DNA of 64,000 nucleotides. Origin: Bugula neritina. Its lineage: Eukaryota; Animalia; Bryozoa. The notes under the pieces are model-generated. The model was given only the letters and a program-made list of their open reading frames with translations, did no database searches and was not told the origin of the DNA. Position numbers and translations under genes: made by a program. Position 1 is the first letter of the stretch. The number at the start of each line of letters is the position of its first letter. The DNA lies in assembly GCA_964035545.1 (NCBI GenBank), contig OZ037765.1:11480698-11544697 (forward strand), read 5' to 3'. Below, piece after piece: positions 1 to 13,100 of the stretch.

Positions 1-3
1 TAG

Positions 4-3000
4 ATAATAAGCCTGTGGAAAATATTATCTGCACTCTTCGCAACCTCTCCTTCCGACTAATGGAGGTTGACTATCCTGATCACTACGACAAGAAATCGAC
101 TGAACAGCGTCCCTCTGACAAGAAACCATCAGGCCAGGAGACACTGGCCCTATTAGGATGTTTTGGCAAGTCAAAGGAGCCAGTAGAAGTCAATACTGTG
201 TATCCATGGTGAGTTATAATTATTGTACAACTATCTGAGAATATAAAATTTTTGACATATTTTTCTTCATATTACATGTAAAATTTTTAACATTCACCCA
301 TGTTTATTAAAATGAATGAAATGGTTTAAAAAGTATTTAAAAATTAATTTTATTTGAACAGCTTTGCTAGAAGCAATGCCATTTGATTATATTCAATTCT
401 TAACACAAGAAAATGTGTTGATTGCTAAAAATAGTATGGTGTCAAAATAGCATAATTGTGACATTCTAAATACACTCAGGTTGATTACCATTCAGTAGTG
501 ATGCTTGGCTTTACCACAAAATATTATGTGACAATTGTCACTCGTACATGTAAAATATAGTAGCAAAATGGTGGAATCTTTGCACCGTTTATTAAAAGGG
601 AAATTTTGATATAAAACCCATGCATTTTATGATAAAATTTACTGATTTTCTGGATTTAAAATTGCAGATTGCTTTTTGTTTCTAGCACAATTCAGCATTA
701 AACTGTATCACTATTATAGCCGAACTCCTTTGGGCCGAGGGAAAGGGGAGCAGCTGTGGCAGAGAGAGCTGGTGCACACATATGTACCAATCATATCTGA
801 CTGCTCCAACACTGATACTTTAGAGGCAGCTGTTGGTGCCATACAAAACTTGACGGCGTGTGAATGGCAACCTTCTAAAGATTTCAGTGAACAGGTATAT
901 AATAGTATAATGCACTTGTGGAATGGAAACTGTTAGTTGCATTTCTGTATAAGCAGTATTCATGGTATATACGGAAATATAAATTATTAATTTTGGTCAT
1001 ATCGCAACAGTTAACTTCTAAATATCAAGTCAACCCAGCTATTAGCTTGTTGACTGTATTTTGCTAGTATTGTATTTTCCTCCTCATACTTTAGATGCGA
1101 AAGGGACGAGGCTTACCAAAGATTGTGGAGTTACTGGGCTTAGAGGAAGCAGATAATGTAGTGTGTGGAGCAGCTATAGCCTTGAGGAATTTGGCGTTAG
1201 ACAAGAGCAACAGAGTTCTAATTGGTAAACTGATGTCATTAGATATTTTCAATAACATTAATGCTAACATCATTGAAATGCGTGTACTAAAATGAGATGG
1301 CTAATACACGTGTCTCGATTGTATATTCACAGGTAAATATGCCACAGAGCATTTGGTGTCCAAGTTACCGTTGCCTGGTAGCAGGAATGCTGGTGACAGA
1401 GCCAGAGCTTCTGAAGAAACTATACGTGCAGTTTTAGCTGCGCTGTATGGTGTGCTGAAAGAAAGAGATGCAGAAAGTCTGCAGCATGCCAGGTAGATAT
1501 GGTGCTCTTTCTCGGTGGTTTGAAATCAACTCTGGAAATTTATAGTTAGGAAACTGCTTAGCAGGTTTCAAGTTGCTAAACAATGCTATAACCCTAGTTT
1601 ATTACTGATAAGTCATTGGTGAGAAGCATATAATATACAAGTTGCTTATCGTCAAATGTTGTGATCTTTCGCTGTAAACTAATACAATTTTCTTGTTAGT
1701 ATCTGCAATTGTCATTAGTTTTTTCTCTGAAGAATGATTAAAAAGTTATCAGCTTGCCGACTTGGTTTTTTCACTGTCTATTGTGTTATACATAGTTTCA
1801 TAGACAATAGTATTTTAATTTGTATTCTATTTCTTTTTGAATGTATATTAAGTATTTTATATGCTTTGATATATTACTAAATGTCAATCTCAACAACAAA
1901 TATTTCAAACTAGAACTATTAGTCAGTATTGGCATAGCTCCCAGGTCAGTAGGAAATACAGATCCTGTCCTATAATTGCAGTACATTAGTAAATGACTGT
2001 GAAGGAGTGGAAAGGTTGATATCTATGTCAAAAAGTCAAAGAAAGTTCTCAGCCAGGACCTTACGCAGTGTACATCAGCTACTCACTCTTCTGTGGAAGT
2101 TTGCAGCCTTGCGAGAAGTCTATAAAACCAAAGGGTACAAAGAATCGGACTTCATTTCTCTGTCTATGATACCGAAGTAAGCGCCAAAAGTGTTTCAATA
2201 ACAATTAAAAAACTGGAAAACTCAAGTAGACTATTACTACTCAGTTTACAAAGTAATGAGTAAACTGTTGCTAAGTAGAAGCTCTGTAGCTTTTTCACAA
2301 TTATGTATAAAAATGTTATTTAAAAATAAAAATGGATTATATTGTAATTATTGATGAAATAAGTATATTATATATAATCAGTGGTTTGTTTTTGTATTCC
2401 ATGAGTTTTTGATGTTGTCAAAGGTGTGCATCTCTTTTCTTCCAATATTAAAACCTAAGTATTAGCTCTATAATCTTTTAGAAGTGGAGGTAACACTGGT
2501 ACTATGAGTTTAGCTAGCACTCTGACCAGGCCTAGAAGTGACCCACCTAGCAACTCTAACACTATTTCTAGAAGTAATGCAGCATTTAGAGACGATAAGG
2601 CAGATGAGAGGATTACTGGCGAACCTCTGTTGGATGCTTACCCTTCCAGTGGCACCCTCCCCATACAAAGACCATATTACTCTCAGGTGACTCAATCTAC
2701 GCTCTGCCATTTATAACCATAAACTTCACTCACTTGTGTCATAATATTATGATAGTTGCTTATATTTTGAGCTCCTCCCACTTGTTGTATCTATATTAAT
2801 AATGTGTTTTATATTATAAATCATTCAGCCTAATAATCCAGTAAATGATCCATATCTTTATAAGCGCCTACAAATTATTACAAATTACGACTATACAAAT
2901 AAGTCACATGACAAATCAAACAATTACGACAACTTGCTGCATTATTATATCAACTCTTGGTTTTACAGTCTGATCTTTCGAGGTACAAATTACAATTTAA

Positions 3001-3673
3001 TGTCACTGTTGCCAAATATTTTAATATTGTAATTTTTGTATTTTACTAGAATGATCTTCATGGTGATCAATTTCCAACCAACTCATATAATTATCAAAGA
3101 CAAATGAGTCAAGCTTCAAATAGTGAACATCTGCAAGATGTATATGATGCTGAACCCACTGGTAATGTGCCATACAGCTACCAGCAGCCGCCCACCAACT
3201 CATATAGACAGCACAGTACCTACAGCAGGCAGCATTCATATAATCTCAACATGGAACATACTGGCTACCCTCATCAACCTTTTCAACACTCTCAACAATA
3301 TTCGCTTTCTGAAGATAGTCCAATAGCAGTAAGTTTTACAATGAAGTTTGTCAACAGTGCCTAGACTGGTTAAATGTAGTTATGACTTGTTGCATTTTTG
3401 CTGTATTTATATGCTAATGGTTCTATTATATTCATACAGAATGGTAATAGAAATCTCAATTCATCTCAAAATGGAGGTCTCCAGCAATCTGAACCACTTT
3501 ATGCTCGGGTGGAAAAAAGGAAGAATGATAATGCAAGCCAGTCTTTCCTGAATCCTAGTTACAGTCACACTGGAGGTGCGATAAGCATGGAATCTCTTCA
3601 CAACAGGGCAGACTACTCATTACAACCATCATCTCAACAAAATACTAGCACTGGTGTGGACAGTTGGGTCTAG
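4..3673 (+). CDS. CTNND2: p120/delta-catenin (CTNND2/ARVCF/PKP4-like) armadillo protein, 5'-partial; exons 4-208, 720-894, 1095-1224, 1333-1492, 1982-2176, 2482-2686, 3050-3328, 3440-3673
   Basis: Spliced translation contains NKPVENIICTLRNLSFRL, SNTDTLEAAVGAIQNLTAC, GLPKIVELL..AIALRNLALDKSNRVLIGKYA and LWKFAALREVYKTKGYKESDF, which are p120-family ARM repeats. It ends in VDSWV*, the PDZ-binding tail of delta-catenin/ARVCF/p0071. All junctions are GT-AG and phase-consistent. Exact paralog assignment is uncertain. Confidence 0.9.
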
Positions 3674-4272
3674 CATTATCTACATTATTTTTAAAAAAAT
3701 TGTGGAGTTTGTGTTTATTAGTTTATACTATAGACTTGTGTCTCTTAATGTAGCATTTAGAAGTTCATTTTCAGTAAATATTTTGACTCCTTTTGAACTT
3801 CATACATGTTTATAATTTTTTTACCTATTATCTTGAGCCAAAGATATTATTGCTCATAACAATCATGATTCAAATATTAGAATTTTATCAATTCTTTTCA
3901 TTATATTAGATATTAGTTAAATCAGTCAGCACAAGGTTTTACAATGCAAACAATAATTTCCTGTTCGTAGTTAATTATGTGTTTTTAAATTATGTTATAG
4001 AATATCTTTACTTAATTTTTTTTTCAAAATAATTACATTTTTATATATTATATATATAACTATTTACTAGTTTACACAGTTCATAGTCTATGCATTCTTT
4101 GTAAACATTCCAAATCATGGAACTTCTACATCAAAATCACTGATATAAAGGTTATATGGTGACATTGTAATTTCTAATAAAGTATGCTTATTAAAAATAT
4201 GACAGTTGGATGGAATAATCTTTTGAAAAAATTCAACTCAAATAAAAAATCTGCCAACACAGAATTTTGCCA

Positions 4273-5377
4273 TTAAGATGGAGTTTTAATAAACAAAGGA
4301 GAAAGCTGTTGTATCTTATCATGCAAAAAATTGTGTAATTTGTATGTTTCCCCTTGCCAAGTAAATTGAGTAGGTGGATCAAGTTCATTTGAGCTTTCAT
4401 ATCCAAAATACTGACTCCATTCAATGGCAATTTGTGATTTAACCAATCCCACGCCACCGACACGATCTGGGCCTTTGTGGTAGACACGGCCAGATAAGGG
4501 TTGCATACAAATACTTGAAGGATCAAATGGAAATGTCAACTTCTCTTCTCCATTGTTATAGGATAGCTTGGGAGTATTATCTATTGTCAACATCTTTGTG
4601 AATACTATTGGTATATCATCGCACCTTATATAGTTCATCTCAGGTCCACATGGTGATATATAAGGGAACTCTGAATATTTATCTGTGTTGTTAGGTTTAA
4701 TCCGTTTAAAGAAAAATCTCAAAAAGTCTTTTTCTACAGAACAAAAAAATAAATATGCAACCATAACATGGTTTTAAGCTGTCTTAAAACAAAATAATGC
4801 TTAAAGGTCAGAAACTATGCTGTTGAAATAAATAAAGTTTACTTGCAATTTTATATTTTTACCTTCTTACCTTTGAAACAAGAGGTAAAGTTCTTCATTT
4901 TAGAATCATCTAAGAAAAGCTACAATAAAAACAAGGGTTTATACACATTATGTTTGAAATTGGAATTTTAGCTCTAACAGAACGATTCGAAAATGGTAAA
5001 TTTTACATTGTAGAAACAAGCTTTTACTTAAAATATAATTGGTCACTTTATGTTTTAACTTGTGATTATTTGTTAATTAAAAAGTCACATGGAAAGTTAT
5101 ATATTTAAGTTAAATATCCAGATTACGTTTTAATTAAAACAAATGTTGAGATTCATATATTGATAATTTCATGAACCGCTGTTTCTTAACACCATCACTG
5201 AGTTTTTTAAGGCACCATTATAGTTTTAAATACCTGGCCCTGATGATCAATAAAGTAGAAATATTCTCGAACATTATTTTCTGAAACCTGTCCTTGAACA
5301 TAATGAACTGATCTATGGAGTATGCAAGCATGGCTGCACTTGAGGCCATTTGGTAAAATTCGAATGAATGACAGCAT
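4273..5377 (-). CDS. C8orf82: UPF0598 protein C8orf82 homolog; coding exons 5377-5234, 4919-4871, 4733-4273
   Basis: Translation reads HYVQGQ..REYFYFIDHQGQ|LFLDDSKMKNFTSCFK|EKDFLRFFFKRI..FPYISPCGPEMNYIRCDDIPIVFT..GRVYH..GGVGLVKSQIAIEWS. The ATG at 5377 follows an acceptor at 5395-5396, implying a non-coding first exon near 8043. Confidence 0.9.
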
Positions 5378-5599
5378 TAGAACAGGAACTGGCACTAAAA
5401 CATATATAAAAAATACATTCATCCAACCAGTGCATTGTTAAGAATATCATTCACGCAGCAGTATAATAACCGTCAACCAACTATTTGCTAATATGCATCA
5501 TGGCTCATAAATTTAATATGAATATAACACTCAAATAGCAGTCAGAAACTGTTGCATAAAATTGAACACTTTAAAAAAACAATGCCCATGGTTGGGTAT

Positions 5600-5900
5600 T
5601 GCAGCAAGGCAGCGGATGTTTGAGACCAGAGTTTTCCTTCCTCTAGATGAGCTGTTTTCTCAGACTAATAAACCCCATCTACCCAAAGCACTGGTTTTAA
5701 GGCACCGGTAACTAGCCTTCGTCCCTTCTGTTATCAGTAGGAGCAGGGCCGCTGAGCATATATTTATGCTACACGAGCAGGATAGGAGTTGGACTTGGTT
5801 GCCAGAGGCTATTTGTGACGTGTGTCAGAAGAAGAATTTTTTGACATTGGGAGCTTATCCTCACTGCTACTTCTCAGCTATAACAACCTTTAGACGAGTT
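5600..5900. repeat. Probable degenerate interspersed repeat (SINE or RTE-UTR-like)
   Basis: GC-richer block in an AT-rich intron (tagatgagctg..ccccatctaccc..gagttggacttggttgccagaggctattt..gggagcttatcc). It resembles recalled invertebrate retroposon UTR sequence; not verified. Confidence 0.3.
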
Positions 5901-6065
5901 AGTCAGCTTATATATGCTAATAACCAGCTATACATAAAGCAATGAGAAGTTGAAAGTGGAAGCTTCAGAACTTTTTTGGAAAGCATGTGCTCTATTTTAG
6001 ATATCAAATAGAATTTAAAATTGACTTTTGTTAAAAATTTTGATCTATACTTTAAACTAACATTA

Positions 6066-7290
6066 TTAATAAAGATTATAGAAATAACCAATAATTAGCA
6101 ATTTTCTATTGCTATTTTTCATTACTGATTCTGCATGATGGTTGAACCAATAGTCTCTTTTCTGAAACCTGTGAACTTCACACAACTCCCAGCAAATTAT
6201 TGATGCCGCACGGTCAAGTCTTTTCTTACATTCTCCTTGTGCTAGTTTCTCCCCTTCACTAAGTATATGCATCACAGTTTCATCCCATACATTACAGAGT
6301 CAACACTTCTTGCTACCTTGTTTTTTTTATTATAGCCACTTTGTAATTTTAAGTACGAAAAGCCAACAGCCCTTCTGTTTTCTTTTTTGACCAACCAGAC
6401 TTCAACAGGTTTCATGAGAATGTTTGCATTTCTTCCACCCTTTTGATGTACTGACCATGTAGAGCCTTTTCTTTCTACCTAGCTACTCCAAATAGTGCCA
6501 TCCAATCTATAGTCTCATATGTACCTCCAAGAGCTCCAATTACAATGGGGGGTCACTTTTGTTGATGTTTTTCAAAGTTGGGTTAGTTCTAGCGCTAAAT
6601 CATAATGTTTTCTTGGTTTCATCCCTGTCACATGCTTCCAACTTAGACGCTTCCCACTTACATGCTTCCCAGTTAGACACTATTTTTTATTTTGGAGCAA
6701 TATATATAGTATAAATACTTATATAAACCTATATAACTGTCGCATTGATTGCTAAACATGAAGTAATAGTTAATATGAATTATCTGGAATAATATTCAAA
6801 TTTTCACGGATTTATGTAGAACAAACAAAGCAGTAATACATCAATAATAGATATTATCTTCAATGAATGTGAATTATTGAAATATTTTTTCAAGCAACAA
6901 GAAGTATAGAAAATGCAAAATTAATAAGTTAATGCAGATTAAAAAAATTTATTTCAAGATTAGAGGAAATCTAATAATGCTAAAATATGCTCAACAGTCA
7001 CACTTCACCTAGTGTTAACCCTTAATAAATAGCCTTTAACTGGGAAACGTCTATGTGGGAAGCATCTAAGTGAGAAATTCAGCCTAGCGTGTATATGAAA
7101 TGACACCATTTTCTCTTTCACTCGGTAGTCACCAGGGACTGACATCAATATTATTATTATTGGTTGCATCACAGTTTTTTGCTGGTGTAACCTTCTACCA
7201 TCGGCCTAGTTAAACTAGGCTGGGATGAATAAACTTAAAGATTTCCTCAAGATGTGAATTGATCCTAGTAAGGCTGTATGTTGAATTATT
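6066..7290 (-). mobile_element. Degenerate fragments of an RLE-type (R4/Dong/NeSL-like) non-LTR retrotransposon
   Basis: Minus-strand peptides with stops and frameshifts: KEKALHGQY..KKKTEGLL (6480-6370), ETVMHILSE..LAQGECKKRLDRAASIICWELC (6290-6150), YDLALELTQL..IVIGALGG (6610-6520), VPGDYRVKEK (7140-7110), and IQHTALLGSIHILRKSLSL..* followed by a short (TAA)n tail (7290-7150). Confidence 0.7.
6631..7080. mobile_element. MITE-like insertion with imperfect, internally repetitive terminal inverted repeats, nested in the retrotransposon remnant
   Basis: Left end ttccaacttagacgcttcccacttacatgcttcccagtta is roughly the reverse complement of right end taactgggaaacgtctatgtggggaagcatctaagtgagaa. The interior is AT-rich and non-coding. 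Confidence 0.5.
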
Positions 7291-7329
7291 GAGTATTTGT
7301 TTTCAGCTACTCCAGTAGCTCTCAATATC

Positions 7330-7890
7330 ATGAGATTGAGTGAATATCAATATGAAATTGAATATGACTAGAGTAAGACTATCACTATTAGTATCACTGT
7401 CTAAGTATCACTACCAGTATGAGTATGACGATGAGTGTAAAACTAGCAGTTAGACTTGCCCTTAGTCGCTTACTATAAAAGTAAGAGCCTTACTCTTGCA
7501 GTCAGTGCTATAGTTACACTTACTGTTACTGTTAGTCTTAGACTGCTACACAGGCATATTCTTATTTGACAGTTAGTGTTACATTTATTGTAATACTAAA
7601 ATATAAAAGTAAATAATAATTATAAACAATAAAACTGGAAGACTAAGACTAAGAGTAAGTGCAGTTATACGAAGACGTTAAATTGAAATAAATATTTATT
7701 ATAATTATTATTATTTCATTTCAGTGTACTATGAATATTACTTTCATTATCATTTATCACTATGAGTATGAGTGTGACTATCAGTATCACTGTATGAGTA
7801 ACACTATGACCATGACTATCAGTATCACTATGAGTATGAGAGTATGACTATGAGTATCAGTATGAGTATGAGCAAGAGAGCAAGAGATGC
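7330..7890. repeat. Degenerate hexamer-periodic tract (A[GC]TAT[GC]-like) in the C8orf82 first intron
   Basis: e.g. actatg agtatg agtgtg actatc agtatc ... actatc agtatc actatg agtatg. Confidence 0.8.
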
Positions 7891-7899
7891 CACGCCTAC

Positions 7900-8420
7900 T
7901 GAAACTTATCAACAAAAATATTCAGCTATATATTTTTCTGTTTTCAATTACATTTCCTGGAGTACTTTGAGTTCATGAAAAACACATACAGTATGGGTAT
8001 ATAATATATTAATTAATTAAACTCAATATAAAACTACCATACCAAACCGTTGCAGTTCGTATTTATCACGTGCACCGTGCAGTTGATTTATTATAGGCGG
8101 ACCACTAGGCATATAGATCTTATAACAATATTATTATTATGTACCTACCATTTTAGAAACTAAAACTAAAACACAGAAAAGTGAGTCGCATAGGCTACAT
8201 ATTTTATAAGCTGATGCCCAATCACGTAACGACTGAAAAAGAGGTGTCCAATAAAAATATCAGTTTAATTCCGTGCAGATGTAAATAACACTGTAGCGTA
8301 CAAAATGGTATCTTCGAGTCAGAAAAAGCAGTAATCGAGTTTTAGTTTCAGTTTGGATTAAACTTTCCCCAAAGATCCTAGCTTAATTGGCTAAAATTGT
8401 TTGTGTTTTATTGATTCATT
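7900..8420. promoter_or_regulatory. Putative bidirectional promoter for C8orf82 (-) and KATNB1 (+)
   Basis: Local CpG enrichment; CACGTG at 8067-8072; CCAAT boxes near 8218 and 8248 and ATTGG near 8386; minus-strand donor GTATG at 8042-8038; plus-strand donor candidate GTGAGT at 8181. TSSs are inferred only. Confidence 0.55.
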
Positions 8421-8499
8421 AGTTTTATAACTACTATTAACACTGTTCCTAATAGTAATACAAATATAATTTGTTCCAATATAATTTGTCTTAACTGAT

Positions 8500-9170
8500 A
8501 AGATTAACTTTAAGTTTAACTGTAAGTCAAAGTGATAACATTAACAATAACTCACTCTCAGAGTCACACTCACTATCAGTGTCTCTAATAGTAATAGTAA
8601 TCTCTTGACTTTGAGTCTAGGCAGTTGACTCTTAGTCTTACAGTAACTGATACTGATAGTGATACTCTTATTTAACTATAAGTATAAGTAAGGCTATTAC
8701 AGTTACTCTCTTGGAGTTACTCAGTTAGTGTTACTGTTAGTGTTAGTCTTAGAGTTAGTAATAGTTAGTAAAGCTAAATGTAAGTGTAGTACTAGGAGTA
8801 ACAATAACTGTAAGATTAAGAGTACGAGACTTTTAGTCTTACAGTTGGTGTCTGTGAGTGTGTTACTGTTAAAATTGCAGTTGCTGTTAGAAGTAATGCC
8901 AGTGCTACTCTTACTCTTAGCAGATGTCTTTACAGTTTGAGTTTACACTTTACAGTTAGAGTTAGTGTTACTGTTACACTTACTCTTTAGTCTAAAGTAA
9001 AAGTTCAAAGTTATCAGTGTAAAGTTGTCAGTGTCAGTATAAGTATCTGCATGATCATAATAATAATAGTGATGCCCATAGTCATACTCTAATTCACAAG
9101 TCATACTTATAGTCATACCGATCTTTGTAGTTATAGTTCCTATGACAGTAAGTGTAACTGTCATACTGAT
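8500..9170. repeat. Degenerate hexamer-periodic tract ([AT][GC]TTA[GC]-like) in the KATNB1 5' intron
   Basis: e.g. agttag tgttac tgttag tgttag tcttag agttag ... tagagt tagtgt tactgt tacact tactct. Confidence 0.8.
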
Positions 9171-10124
9171 TGTGAATACAATATTACATTATTAGCCTAC
9201 TCATATGGTATAAAACATCGCCTAAATTATAGAAAATAAATTTAACTCTCTATATAGGAATAAAATTGCCAGATTTATTTGCTTCACTGAACAATTTTCA
9301 TTAAAACCCATTTCAAGTCAATGAATTTTAATTTTTATGTGTAAAGGAAAATTTTGTTTGTTTGCTAGAAATTTAAAAAAGCTATTAGTTTACCTGATTG
9401 ATAACTTTTTCTTATTTCAAAGAGCTGTAGCAAACCAATCAAACTCTTCCATGTCAAGTCAATTAGTTAAGCAAGGCAAATTCTTAATTTCAACTAGTGG
9501 GTGGGAGTAAATAAATTTCAAGTCTCAAGTTACAAAATATTTAAATTAATACTTCTTGAGATTACCTCTAGCTCACTTCAACTCATTTAATGGTGACGCA
9601 CTCTAACTAAATTTAAAGCTAAGTAACAATAATACTGGTGTTCATTGCTTAATGATTATCATCAACGTGTTTGTTACAGCAGCAAAACTTTGAATCATTG
9701 AGTATGAGATGAATGAACCAACTGCCAAGCATTAGCTTGAACTTCTTTTTTGTCATTGAGTGACAATATAATAGAACAGTCTAAGTTAGGTTGTTGAGGA
9801 ATAAGCCTTTTTTATTTAAATTGAATTTTTAATTTGGTAATAATAAATTACTCAATCAAGGATTAGTCATTAATTCCTCTTGAATTTAAGTTGAGTAGAT
9901 TCTGTTACTTTTACACTTGCACTAATGTACAAAACAAATTTTGAATTAACATAAAGTAAGTTTCCATGGTTAATCTCAATTTTAGTTAAACTATATCTAC
10001 TACATGGCAAAAGCGACTCAACCATAACTATAATTCTTATCATTTGCATTATTTTATACTGATTCTGTTGTAGAGTCTTTAATATATTCAGCCAAGTTCA
10101 ATGGATTAATGATATAATTGTAAA

Positions 10125-13100
10125 ATGACAGCACCAACTACTAAGAGGGCATGGAAGCTCCGTAAGTCAATGCACTTAACCATATGATATACTATTACTT
10201 TTTAAGTTATATGTATGGTTGCTTAAATTTAACAAATATTACAATATATGTGAGAAAATGGAATAAATGAGTTTGATGATTAGGTAGTTATCACTGTTCT
10301 ATCATAGACATTTATTTACCTGGCTATTAATCTTTGCATGTATTCAACTCGGTGTGGCTTTATTACTTCTTGTTGCTCAGTCTAAGTTGCAAAATTCTAG
10401 AGTTAAACTACTGCGAGATGTTCTTTGCTGACTAGTTTGGTGTATGTCTGATTTTAATTTTGTTAAACAGAGGAGTTTGTGGCCCATGGGGCCAGTGTCA
10501 ACTGTCTAGCCCTAGGGCATAAAACCGGCAGGGTGATGGTCACAGGGGGAGATGACAGAAAAGTGAACTTGTGGACAGTTGGGAAACCTAACTGCATCAT
10601 GGTAAGATAACTGTTATTTCTATCACAAACAAAGAAGTAGTGATCTTTTAGCTGTAGTTTGAATGCCTGTAACATAAATATTTAAAAATGTGAGCTTTCT
10701 TTTTAAGGCCTAAATACATAAGATGTTGAGTATATTCTTTGTTTGACAGGTTGTATGTCATTGGGTTCAAATTGATGCATCTTTTTCTATTTAAACAAAG
10801 TTTTTTCAAATCCTCACTTGGCTATAAGATTTTAATATCTAAAGGTTGAACTCTCCAAGTAGGTTTAAAGTTTGACAAGGTGTTGCAATGTCCATATAGT
10901 GTCCATATAGTATCCATACAAGTTATAATGCACAATGTTTCCTTGGTAACACCTGTGGCCTCATGTAGACCCTCTTATTAATGGAGTTGACAGTAATTAT
11001 GTGTGACAGGAGCTGCTCTGTGCACTTGACTCACAGCTCACTTGCAGTAACTGACAGATTCCACTTAGTCAAACGTAGTATTTGTCATTGAAGCAGCTAG
11101 TTTAGAAATTGTATAGCAAATTCTCTCAGGATCAATGTTTTGTTCAATAATCATTTACACAGTGAATAAGTATAAAGATAAAAATGCTCGACTCATTTAA
11201 TTATCTTTAGTTGACTGTTTATTAACACTAAGCTTGTCTTTACAACGTGTAGTCGTGTGCATTATATAGGTGCTCTAGACACTCCCTTCTACTATCCAAT
11301 AACTTGAGTTAATGTATATAAAATGCTGCATTCTTGATTGTTTATTGATTAAGTACTATAGATGATAGCTCTTATATTCAGTTATAGTTTGTCCAGTTTT
11401 CTTTAGGCTTTTGTTACAGGAAAAGGTTTATTTAAATTAATCTTATAACAATAGATTTTTACTCATCAAATTTTTCAGTAGCTGCTATCATGAATAATAA
11501 GTGTTCATTTTTATTATTCTATTTGCTCCTTGATATACCTAAAAGATGCACACAAAAATTTAGTATTTATTAGCACTTTCTAAAGAAGTAAATGCTATTT
11601 AATGTTACAGAGTTTATCTGGTCACACAAGCCCCGTAGAAGCTGTGAGGTTTGGTAATGCAGAGGAGATGGTGGTTGCTGGGTCTATGTCTGGGGCCCTC
11701 AAGTTGTGGGACCTGGAACAAGCTAAAAGTAAGAACAGTTTTGTCTAAATTCAACCATATATTATTTTGTATTTCTTAGCGGAGAAGGAGAAGTTTTTCC
11801 AAAGTAGTACTTACCAGCCTTACATTTGGTAGTTAACCCTAAAAACTAATAATTGATTATATTAATTCAATAATTAGCATGTTCTAGTCAAGTACCTAGC
11901 TGTCTAGCCAGCTTAGTGCTACTTCTGATTACTTGGTATATTTTATTAAGCCAAGTTTAACCACTTTATCTACTAATTGAGATATGGCAGCACCCCTGAT
12001 GAGGCAGCACAGATATTAGCATGCTATTTATACAATTACCCTGTGTCCTGTTTTTTCATCTTTCAATCATACAACAATCTGGTTTTTTTTGTATGAATTA
12101 TAAGCCAACTTCACCTTGATTATGGGGAGTATGTATTGCAACCTGCATAAACTTTCTATTGAATGTAATTCTTTAGAAATGAATCAAATTACAATCAATG
12201 AAAGCATTTAGACTACAGCAACTTGTAAACTTGAAGAAAGCATCTTAACAATACAATATTTTATTACAATGTTGTAGATGATACATGTTGTGTTTATTAA
12301 AACTGATTCTCTAGTTTAATCTCTCTCAGCTGAATAGATGGGATTTAGTTCGTGGCATCATTATTGATCACTTTTGCATATTTTAAGACTATGAGTGTGG
12401 TGTTGCTTTCCAGTTGGTAGTGTCTTAACTGTTATGAATGAATAATTTGATAGCATCAGACAAGGTGGCTACTAATTGGTGTACCTACTACTACTAATAT
12501 TGAGATAGAATGAGATGTGGAATATACCTACAGCACATGCTCTGTCTGTATATGCTAGGAACTATAAACTGTATTGTTCAAAATAATAAACATTTTTATT
12601 GATCAATTTATAAACACATGATTACATAATTGATAAAATTGATTAGCATGTAAAAAGTTCTGCTCCAAACTTAGGCTGGAATATTTTAATGTAGCTTTTC
12701 TATAAACAACTAGCAATACTTGTGTTTAATTCTAACAGGAACTAAGGCATTATAAGAATTCAACATAAAGTTATATCATATATAGGTGACAGTATTATAT
12801 CTGTTTTAGTTATCAGAACCCTAACTGGTCACAAGGCGAACATCAGATGTCTTGATTTTCATCCATATGGAGACTTTGTGGCCAGTGGATCCCTAGATAC
12901 TAATGTCAAGGTAAACTAACTGTACGCATGTGTAGTATCTTGTGAAGAGGCTAGTATATTATGTATAAGTGTATAAGCTTTCCATCTATTAGATATCATT
13001 GCTTAATTTACAGCCCATGTTATCAGTTGTTATGTGATTATTCCTCCTGGTGGTAATTTCTCACTTCTATCAGCACCTTTATATAGAACATGACATACCA

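Noticed and set aside
2829-2982. Possible extra catenin exon or microexons
   Set aside because: The 14-nt and full-length versions break phase. A 12-nt PNNP version fits but has weak support.
8728-9164. Hydrophobic ORFs resembling signal or membrane peptides; telomere-like GTTAG units
   Set aside because: By-products of the hexamer-periodic tract. There are no TTAGGG or TTAGG arrays.
11997-12030. CTGATGAG hammerhead core or snoRNA C-box
   Set aside because: No matching GAAA/stem structure or D-box with terminal stem was found.
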